DNA of 20,000 nt from Catajapyx aquilonaris (Eukaryota), in NCBI GenBank assembly GCA_000934665.2, contig KZ538104.1:111451-131450 (forward strand), in the 5' to 3' direction. Position 1 is the stretch's first letter; each line of letters begins with the position of its first letter. A model generated the notes under the pieces. It saw only the letters and a list, made by a program, of their open reading frames with translations, did no database searches and was not told the origin of the DNA. The position numbers and the translations under genes are program-made. Of the stretch, positions 9,377 through 20,000 are shown in pieces.

Positions 9377-10689
9377 CAGTATAGTCTTTGCCTGTCGCTG
9401 TTAAAAAGGGCAAGTAAGTTCAAGGGATCAGAATTCGTCTACATCACGCATATGCTTTTTGGATATGGAATGTTGAAATCTGAGTCCTGAGTCTCCTGAC
9501 ACTGCCTTTTGAAGTTTTGATACCAAATCGGCGGGGTTTCAGTTGTGCGTGGTTCCTGTCGATGGTTCATATTTCGATTAATTTGTGCATGCACAAGTTC
9601 CTATTGCCGTAGTACAATTATTGAATAATTAAATAGGCTAACTACTGTATATTGCTTCGGCATGGGATGATGTGTAACATTTGGTCGTCCAGGTGTAACT
9701 AAGTCTGTAGTTCCTCTCCATGTACAGTGTTGCATCGTCCAGAAACCACTTTTCTAGGTCCCATAAAGGTTGTTTCAGTACAAAATTGTCATGATTACTG
9801 GATGCGTACAGTACGCAGTAGGTTAATGAAAGTAATTTATTGTGTCTAATTTAGTCACGTTCATCAATCAGCATTACTGGCTGCATCTTGGGGACCTCTG
9901 GAGTCCTGCGATTGGTCTACAAAAATGCTGAGAACGTTGAAAGCACATTATTTTCGTGCTTCTTAGCACGGCTTGTTATCGTATACCAACTCCCAGCTTT
10001 TTTGGTTTACTGTCGTAATAAGCATTATCTGGACTGTATACGATTCACGTTGGTACGATGCTTACTGATGTATCCATGAGTAACGTCAAGTATGGCACAG
10101 CTGATCAGAGTAAAATCTTTACTCTAATCAGTGAGAGCAGGGACACAAATGAGGCAGTCTTGAAAGTAGATATGAAAATGGCAATGTAAAAATTCCCTGA
10201 ATTTTCTGCAGAATGACGGCTTTATGCAGGTTGCAAGCGTATTACAAACATTCTCCGGACATTGAGTTATGATTATCTTGAGATAGAATGCTGCTGATTT
10301 TAAGGCTCTTCTGCAAAAATGGCATGGTCCTCATCAGTGACTCGCCAATCCTATGCCTCAAGACCCCGGAGCCAGGTCAGGTCGATGATGAGGTTGGAGG
10401 AGGCAAACGTCGCGTCGGTGCCTCAGCAGACACTGAACAATATCACTGTGACCACATTCGGCGAATGCCACCGTATGCTCACTTGTGCAACAGTGATGAA
10501 TTTTGGAGTGGTAATCAAATGCACCAAGCCTTACAATTTGAGGTTATTTCGCAGACAGTGCAACTTGTCCGCTCCCAGAAGATATTAGTACATATTTCTG
10601 CGTGAGACATGCAGTGTCGTCCAGACGATGCATCAAAGAGAATGGAGCATGATCTGGAGCATGGCTGTTTACTCGCACATTTTTAACAA

Positions 10690-10793
<104 letters not shown>

Positions 10794-11649
10794 GTTTGTT
10801 TGGAACAAGCTGGGGTCGCCATGGCACCAGATTGTCTCCCCTGGCAACCGTCGTTCCAAACGACCGTCTTGTTCTCGTTTACATGCCTTACAACCATGTG
10901 GTTTACAATGTAAAGCGTCAATAAGTGTTCAACAAGCCGAGTCCGAGTCTGCGGTCGATTGCATTGCATCTATCAGTGTTGCAAAGCTTATCACAACTGT
11001 GGTTAGTGAAGCCTACTCAAAGGTTATCTTCTTCCAAATACGTCTGCTTTCCTGATGCTTTTCGGATGCTTTCCTTGTGCTCTGGGTACCTGCTTCCTCC
11101 GCTCATGGTGCAGTCAACTATATGTCATCGGGTTGTTGAAGTCAGTATAGGTCGGTGTCTGTTTTTTGGGAAACGATATATATGAACCCTCATTGTCATC
11201 TGCCAACCATACGAGTAACTGATAAATGGCATGAGGCACTCATTGTCACAGCCGGCTTCTGAAAATGGTTTTAAATGGTCTTGTCCTTACTCATAAGCTC
11301 TAATGTATACGTAATGGTGCGTCAATGTAATCTGTTCCTTGTGATCCATCAAACGACGGTGTGTTGGAAACAGAGTGGCCGGGGGCAATGGAAATACTTC
11401 AACCACTTCAACTACTTGTTGCTATACGTCATTACAATGTAGTGCCACTTGTTTGTTCTCTGTCGGTCTATAGTCTCCAAACAGGTTCCACAGCATTGAC
11501 AGCATTGCACCGCACTTCTTGGAGTTGTCCGCAATATTATGGTGCCTCGTATCTGCGTCCTTCTTCTCTCGTCACTGCATCGCGTATGGTTTTTAGAACC
11601 TCGGCAGATTTCTTTTTTGCCAAACCTCTTCACCTATATCATTGTTTTC

Positions 11650-11650
<1 letters not shown>

Positions 11651-11723
<73 letters not shown>
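11651..11723. repeat. (AAT)24 microsatellite
   Basis: Read directly. Confidence 0.99.
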
Positions 11724-14207
11724 GCTATCAAGTGACAGTCGCATGCAAATGGGTCCTACCGCAGAGCCAATATGACCGATACTATTTGATGATTTATGTG
11801 ACTGAGATGCTGACGAACAGTCCTGGTTGGAGGACTGTGGCTGGGGCATAAATTATAACTTCGACGTAAGAGTGTCTTCCTCACAATGCCAGACAATGTT
11901 ATAGTAAACTAGACGATAAATGGAGAGGCTGAAGTATACTTTATCTTGACAGGCAGGGTGTGAGTTCTGTGTGGTGGTTTTTCTGTGTGGTGGTTTATGA
12001 GTGGTTAAGTTCACATGCCACAATGTGCACGGCTTCCAGTGCAATCCTGTTGGGTTCTTCATCATGTCGTGGACTCATTGCAATAACCCATAACATGAAC
12101 CAGAATGTGTATATTCCAACAGGTGCGAGGAAGTTGCATTGCAGCACCGGAGCAGGAGTTCAGGTTCGATAGACGTTCTTGATATAATTTTGGTGTTATC
12201 CCAGGCGGTTGACTCAGGTTTGGTCTCATAGAGCTCTGCTACAATAGTCGTAGAATTGCTTCTTTTGACTTCAAATGAAGCTGCGTCGGTCTGACGGTCT
12301 TACAATATCTTATACAGGTGTAATGTAGAACTTGATCAATTCCGTCACATCTTTATGGGGCAGCATCTTTCAATTCCAGTTCGTGGATTTCACAGCGTGG
12401 ATCACTTAACGTTTCCAGTGTCCAATGGTCGCGTGTGAGTCATGCCTTCGTCAGTGGCTATAAATTGTGTCAAGGCTATATCAGAGATTCAAGGATAATA
12501 ATACTACTACAATGAGAGAGAGAGAGAGAGTGGTAGAGGCCGGTTGACCGCCTAATATATTGTGAGACGTGCAGTGTAATCATTTTGGGTAGCACTAGAA
12601 GATGTTCGGAAGTGTTATTGCAATTATCTGGGAGACCATTCATATCAATGTGTATGTAGGAGGCCTCAAATGTATGAATCAAGCAACCACTTTGCTTTCT
12701 CCGGCACACCAGCATGTGCAGAATTTGGTCCGAGTGTGTGCTGATCTTGACGATCTTACAATAGCAGCATTAGCATTGATCCTTCCTAGCCAGCATGGGC
12801 ATTTTAGGAGTTTGGAGCAGAAATGGTCACTTTTTTACAAAACAGTACGTCAACAAAATGACGGCAGCACCCGACTTTTTCCTTCTCGGGTATAATCATA
12901 ATGTAAAATATCCATTTAACAAGTGAAACACTCGACCTGTGTAGGGTAGTCCTTGGGTTATAGTCAGAGTGACACACATCCGACATATTTTTTGTAACTT
13001 CTTTGCACATGACCAAGCCACGAAAAATTGTTGGCAAGATTTATTTGCCCAGCCTCAGGCGAGGCTCGGGATTTATTATGATGCTTCACCCTAACATTTC
13101 CTAGACGTTCTATATGTTCTGTGTTTTATCCCGGTTTTGTGCTGGTTGTCCTGTCAGAATAATTTCATGCAAGAAGTTATGAATGTGTAGAAGCTATCTT
13201 ACATCACATATTATGTGACTAAGGTGTTATATTGTAGCGCATAAGAATTTATTATGCGCCTGGTTATTATTTTAATATTCGAGCCCTTGTGTTCCTTTGG
13301 CGCTTTGTATAATTCACACTCAGGGCACCTATACTGAGATGCATATAAGCGTAATGTTAAGAATAAGTATCCAGTAACCAACTTCGGTTTGCAGGGCGGT
13401 TCATTGGTATCCTCGTGGGAACCGAAGTTTGCGAGATCTCTATATAGTTGCGACAAAGTTCATTATGGGATCACTCATCTCTCGCTACCTGGATGTGTTC
13501 TCGGCACCACAAAACTGGCGAAAAGGCTGAAAAGGGTTTTACAAAAGTGGTGGAGGGTGAGAAAAGTTGACATTTTTGCAAGCCATGTTCACTAGCAATA
13601 ATTTATTACCGCAGGACTCGCCAGCCTGCGAATCCACGTTTAACTCTGGCACAATATTCAGTGTTCCTCTATTAAAATTGCTGGCGCCTAGCTGCATTAT
13701 TTAATTTCTTCTGTTTATGGCTTGTGACACCATCAAATATTAGTAAGTTATAAGTTTCTCTCTGTCACTAAGTTGTTTCTGACTTAGTGTAGCCACAGCA
13801 TGCTGCTGTTGCTGCTCCACAACGAGCCTATTAACTATGTGGCTAACCACTAGTAGTAGTTATAAGTATTATAATTTCCCAAACGTCAGGTGGGTGCCTG
13901 AGTGCCTCTCGTACGATTCTCAATAGATTAGAAGCCTGAATAAAGAGCGAGACGACATTATTTTTTCATCGCCCGTGACACACGAAAGACTATCCTTCGA
14001 GATTTGCTTTGCCCAACTCTTCACGGGTCATTGTTTTCGAACAGTGTTCTAAGCTTGGGTCCTCTCTGTGCGCATGCCAAATGTTTCATCTTAGCTCGTC
14101 TTCATTCGAGGGAGTCTACTTCTAGTGTGAATAAAGCAGTGCCTGTATAGTGCAAACCAATGATGTTGTGGTATGATTGGTACACTAAGTGCAACTACTT
14201 AACCAGT

Positions 14208-14245
14208 TAATAATAATAATAACAATAACAATAATAATAATAATA

Positions 14246-14325
<80 letters not shown>
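14208..14325. repeat. Compound (AAT/AAC)n(GAT)n microsatellite
   Basis: Read directly. Confidence 0.99.
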
Positions 14326-14958
14326 AAGGGGCCTCAAAGCATTCCCAGGCCTAGAAGTGCGGTTGAGATGAGGTGATGTTCGTGATAATTTTGGAGCTTT
14401 GGCGTTATTCCGCGTGAAATTAGCACTTGGTCTCTGTAAATATGTACGTGCCACAGTGTGTCATATAGACCCGTATTTATCTCCTGCTCAAAGGCTTTTT
14501 CCAAGCCTTCATGCGGGATTCTATAATATTTGCTGCAAGTATACCAACTTGGAAGATCCAAAAGGTCTTCTAGTTTCTTGTAATTCATCAGTCATCATGT
14601 GAAAATCATGGAATACCCTCTGTGGACTTCCTATGGAGCCCCTTCTTAGCATGCTTCTTGACCAATTTGTACCTACCATCATCATTCCGTTGGAGAGGTG
14701 TTCCTCTATTCAGCAGAGCGTTCGCAATTCTTCGACCCCGTTGGTCGCCGTTGGCATTCTGTGGCTTCGTACTTGGAGGCCACAAATGCTTGTATCTTTT
14801 TCAGCTCTGGCCCTTTCTTGACATCATTTTAGTGTTGTGAGGGCGTGGGATATTGCGAGATCATAGTTAAAGGATGGGCGGGGCATGGCAGTCTCAGTCT
14901 ATTGGGCAGAAAGGATGTGAATCCTATAGTCATCCACAATGTATATGCATATAGTATT

Positions 14959-14978
14959 CAACAACAACAACAACAACA

Positions 14979-15022
<44 letters not shown>
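14959..15022. repeat. Compound (CAA)n(CTA)n microsatellite
   Basis: Read directly. Confidence 0.99.
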
Positions 15023-15679
15023 ATCACGACATTTCCCTATGAGGGGTAGTCAGCGATGAAGGGAGACGCAAGCTAACCCAACATATGAACTAATAAAACT
15101 CACGAGAATAAACCTAAAAACAACCTGTCCCACCCCCCACCCCTGCCCACCTCAGACATCACCTTATCCTCAGACATATTTTATATTTACCTATTTACCC
15201 ATTAATTAACCTACCGGCGCCATTTACACCTATCCAAACAAACAACCCTAGCCTCAGCCACGTCCATGGTCCTATTGACACAAGAACGTCAAGAACGTTT
15301 GGTGTATATCGTATTTGACTAGTTAAAACGGACTTTAGAGTGGCCTTAGTTCATACTACAGTGATGACTCTGAATACTGATCTATATTTAATGTTGCACG
15401 CTAAGTCACCAACCAACCGTCACGGAATGGACGTATAAGCCAGTTGTAGAATCTCATCTTCATTTTCCCGCTGATTAATGTGAAGCTATACTTCGCAGAT
15501 TGGTGATTGCGCCGCTTTGAAACCAATGCATCAGAAACCAATGGATTAATGCAATGATGTTAAGTGCGAAGGTTATACAGTCATAACACTAGGCCTGTAA
15601 TATTGATGGGCAGCCTATGACACTGTCCTCTTTTCTCTCTTCGTTCATATCTCCATCTAGGCCCTATATCCCATCTATA

Positions 15680-15907
15680 CAGTGTCTAAAATTGATATGT
15701 AAAACGTCTACAACAGACAGGGAGCATTGGTTGCTTTGGATCTATTCCATTTAAAAGAAAAAGAAACTGGGAAAGTATTTTGGTTCAAGTCAGGTCGCAC
15801 CGGGTCGCACCTACAATAAAGCCAACTTGTGTGTGTATAGTGTCCACACCGCACCGCGGAGAGTCATAAGGTGTATTAAAATGTGTCCTCTACTTTGGAA
15901 CACCTTG
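15680..15907. mobile_element. Possible Tc1/mariner-type MITE remnant
   Basis: The left end TA-CAGTGTC and right end TTTGGAACACCTTG (reverse complement CAAGGTGTTCCAAA) resemble the common TACAGGGTGTTCCAAA terminus, but the two ends match each other poorly. Confidence 0.3.
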
Positions 15908-17100
15908 CATAACTCCAAGTGGGCATTAATTTTTAGGTATAGCTTATTGATTTATTAACTATAAATATAAAGAACAAGAGGCCTTCATTCAGCTCTACAA
16001 GTGTCCATCAGGTTGTAATAACTAAGCATAATATATTCGAGTAATAATCGAATAGGTCGTGAAAGGCTTGCTGGGAGCCGGGACTTTTAGGTCAACATCT
16101 TTCAAATCACCGGCGTTATTCATTGACTGCTCGGTGTGGGATATTTTGATGTTGTCTTTGAGATTGTAGAATCCCGAGAGAACCCATCCGGGTACCCCCA
16201 TCCGAACACGGACAGAACCCGTTAAAACTATCAGTATACGTGAAAGGTTGCCCCGGGTTGCCCTCCGTCCGAACTGGGGATATGACCGTCCTCAGTGTTG
16301 GAGACCTGTGTGGATGTGTGCTTGGCGGTAACTTGCAGCTACAGACTTCCATAGTAGTCCATTTGGCAGAGTCTGTACTAACGTCTCGTCCAGATGAACA
16401 GGACCCTCAGCACAGAAATACAGTATATTTCCAGTGCATGCTGGCGTTATCCGTAATGCGGCACAATACCACAAGCACCCGGACCACACGGACTAGTCTC
16501 TGCCAGACGTCACTTCCCACTTGTGCCAGGTGGTAGTCACTGCAGTCTTGGAACGCGACTTCAGACCTCTGGCTGGCGAGGCCACAATGGCAAACCAATA
16601 TATACACACGCTGTATACTGACGTACCACCATGAGGCCCAAGAGCCCAAATCAATGACTCCCTCCGACTATGAGCACGCCACATATTCACAACATATCCA
16701 TGGCACTGAGTCACACCTTGTGTACAGAAATATGACAAGGGGGCAGACCAGCAGAGGATCTAATAATTATTTAATGTGCATCAAAGCCACGTCTTTGCTG
16801 AAATCACTGACAGTACAGCGGTACAAACTGCCCTTCTCTCTGATGTTGAGTAATGAATCGCAGCAGGCGCATCTCATTCTCCCATATGTTGATGTAATAG
16901 GCAAGCGGATTCCAATATTGTGATATACAGGTCACAAGGCTACAGGTTCGGTTTACGGGGACAGTCCCGTACACCGCATTATCATGACACATTGACACAT
17001 GTGCTGAGCTGTTGGGGTATGGAGTGCATATTGGCAGGGTGTCACAGAAAAATGTTAACAAGACCGCAGTTTTTGACATTTCATATGTCCTCATCCTAGT

Positions 17101-17205
<105 letters not shown>

Positions 17206-17411
17206 CCAGTGGTCTTTGCCTGTCACGGCTGTTTAGAAAGGGCAAGTAAGTGCAAGGGCAAGGATGAGAATTCCCATGTTATTTTGAGTTACTCCAGATG
17301 AACACGCGCCACATGTCAAGTTACCTACTTACGTACTCACCCGTGCTCACAGTGATGCTAAGCATTAGCTACACATAGTTGTAAGTTTATACGGACACTA
17401 GCCAAGTGTCA

Positions 17412-17496
17412 GGGTCCTTTTAGTTATCGCAAGTTTCTCCAGAAGCTGCACAAAAATGGCAGCTCCTGAAGAAATTTGCTATAACTGAAAGGATCC
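17412..17496. repeat. Imperfect 38-bp inverted repeat with a 9-nt loop (85-nt hairpin)
   Basis: 17412-17449 against the reverse complement of 17459-17496: 32/38 matches, no gaps. Confidence 0.9.
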
Positions 17497-17784
17497 GAAT
17501 ATACTGTATGTAAGATAACATACTGTAGACTTTGTGGACCTGCTTCTCCTATAGCCTATAGTCCATATCAGGCGAGTATTAAGGGCTTATGCAAGCAGCA
17601 AGTATCCGTCGTTTTCAGGCAATTGATATTTCCTATTTTCTCTTGTCACGTACTAAGACTGTCCCATTACTAGGTTGATTTCGGTCACTCGTGCCACACC
17701 CACAGCAGGTCTGGTTTAAACACTTTGCCATGCGCATGATGGAAACATCACGCTGACCTGAGTTCATTTCGAATAATTAATAAA

Positions 17785-17817
17785 GTTGTTGTTGTTGGAG
17801 GAGGAGGAGGAGGAGGA
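17785..17817. repeat. Short compound (GTT)4(GGA)n microsatellite
   Basis: Read directly. Confidence 0.9.
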
Positions 17818-19798
17818 CATTCGATGCATTTCAAACCTGTCCACATCACACATTTGCTTTGCGGATATGGAATGTTCAAATAATTGAGTCCTGGCACTGC
17901 CTTTACATTTGATACCAAATCGGCGGAGTTTCAGGTCTGAAAATGTGTGCATGGTTATTGTCTATGGTTCACAAGAATTTGTGCGTAATATATTCCAAAT
18001 TCCAATTATTGGTTTTGGCTCGTGTGGTAACGTAGTATAGCATATAGGCTTACTACTACTATAATAATTGCTTCTCCATGGGATGATGCGTAACAAGTAA
18101 TCAAACCCATTGGTCGTCCAGACAGTTATTATTATAAGCTCACCTCAAATTGAGGAGCATCAAGTTGGCTTATGTTTGTGTTGCACCATCCAGATCCCAC
18201 TTTTCTCGGTACTATAGGAGGGTTTGTTTCATTACAAAATATATTGTCAATGATAGTTACCCTACTGGATGCATACCATAATAATTATACTGTATATAGT
18301 ATAGGTTAATGAAGGTAATTGTGCCTAATATTACGCACGTTAATCAATCGGCTTTACCCGGCTTTACCTACGGCTGTAGCATCTTGGGACCTCTGGAGTC
18401 CTGCGATTCGTCTACAAGAAAGCCGAGAATGTTGAGCACATTTCGTGACTCGTAGCTTGCACAGTACATGGCTTTACAACATATACCTCTCTTCTGCTGT
18501 TTGCTCGTCATAGGCTAGTTTTCTAGCTAGTTCTATCTAGTTTCTATCTGGATGTTGGTACCATGGTCGGTACAATGCTTACGCGTCTGTATCATAGATC
18601 ATTTTTCAAAGTGAATAAAAGAATCAAGGAGGTATATGCGTATATCCCGACGAGACATGTATTTGCTTGTGATTTTCACTTGTGAGTAACGTCGATCAAC
18701 CAATCAGTAATCAGTTGATAGATGTAATTGTAGTGACTTCGTCGCCACATGGTTATCTCAGCTCCTTATTTTAAGGCAGTCACTTTTGCACATATACGTT
18801 TAATAGTCATCAAGAATATTATATTCATAAGTGAATCCAAATATATGAATTTCAACGGATGTCCGATAGGCAATGGTCTATTGGAACAGTCATCATCGGA
18901 CATCAATGATGCAGCCAATTTTTTTGCACACCAGACCCCCTTTGCATGGTGTTCAAGGTGTCTATCTTAATATGATGTCGTAATTAGAAGGCACACTTGA
19001 GAACATTATATCGTAATATGCCAATATGTGTAAAATCTTATAGTGGCTCGCACAATACAAATAAATAACGTATAAGTAAATTTGATAGTGTTCTGACTAA
19101 CTTCTGCCAATAATATTAGTAAAGGTCAGGTAAAGGTAGTTTCCCGCTCCGTCCATATATGGATTATCGTCAGTTTCTATGCCAAAGCAATATTATATTC
19201 TGCTGAGACGAGTCCCTCAAGAAACTGCAGCCATGCTCAGAGGCAAGGCCTTCAGACCAAGGAACATTATCGTAGCTCTCTGTATCTCACCTTAGCGCCG
19301 AGACCGAGCATCAGGGAGTAGGAGCCGGGGATGTGGCTTCAGATGAGGTCCTATTATGGTGTATTCAGCAGGCCATCACTGCAACTTCCCTCCTTGGTGA
19401 TATGTCACGTGGGTCATCTGACTTCACACCCTTTGCAGCTGCGATAGGCTCAGGTTTCAATATGAACCTGTTGTATCATAAGAATAATATCAAAATCCAA
19501 ATGAAAAGGCGCACACATGCACGTGTGTCGCAATGGAATCACAATGCAACATTCGAGCTCAATGACACATCAACTTTCCCTCCCATCCTCAAAGACATGA
19601 TTTGCATTAAGTCCTCGTCTGTCTACACAAAGTGAACTTGATACGCAGCTATTTTTGAATGGTACCACACGAGGAAGAATTCGGACAATAATTTTTGGAG
19701 TTGCAATCTACAGACCAACTAAGTCCAGTCCCTTTGATCCTTTCATCGCCCTCTCCAACTCACCTCTGGGTAAAAGAAATACCGTATATAGAGATCAG

Positions 19799-19928
19799 GG
19801 GTGCTTCTTTGGACTGTGGGTTGCAACGGACCGTAGGAATAACGCCGACCGGAATAGTGTCGAATCGGAATAATGTCGAAAGAATAACGCCGACCGGAAT
19901 AGTGTCGAATCGGATGTAAAACGCACCC
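19799..19928. mobile_element. Small MITE-like element with internal ~15-bp tandem subrepeats
   Basis: Short imperfect TIR GGGTGCTTCTTT ... TAAAACGCACCC. The 33-mer GAATAACGCCGACCGGAATAGTGTCGAATCGGA is repeated exactly at 19837 and 19882. Confidence 0.55.
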
Positions 19929-20000
19929 ACTTTTTTTCTCCGCCTCTGACTATCTCTCCCTGCTTTCAACCCAAGTTCCTCTGTCTGACGCTAGAGGTCA

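Noticed and set aside
9715..9780. WDLEKWFLDDATL read as a CRE/NeSL-type RT YLDD motif
   Set aside because: The paralogue at ~18180-18210 reads WDLDGAT, and the position within the copy fits the endonuclease region; probably coincidental.
10400..10530. Gag-like CCHC zinc knuckles of LINE ORF1
   Set aside because: The position is right and scattered Cys/His codons occur, but several frameshifts are needed; not supportable without a profile search.

Overview
Eukaryotic DNA, probably from an arthropod/insect (inferred from the MADF/BESS and pipsqueak-type domains, GT-AG introns and repeat content). No prokaryotic features were seen. From left to right: (1) a 92-bp tandem satellite (~114-1075); (2) a spliced minus-strand ORF encoding only the DNA-binding half (HTH_psq + CENP-B/Tc5 HTH) of a pogo/Tigger transposase, stopping exactly at the first catalytic Asp, with the DDE half decayed behind it and MITEs in its 1000-bp intron; (3) about 290 bp upstream on the same strand, a five-exon MADF + BESS-like gene (~407 aa) with a probable promoter near 6250-6650; (4) from ~6670 to ~19600, heavily eroded non-LTR retrotransposon (LINE) copies whose recognisable motifs all read on the minus strand, punctuated by compound trinucleotide microsatellites, small MITEs/hairpins and a Helitron 3' end. 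All family assignments are by eye from motifs; no searches were run.
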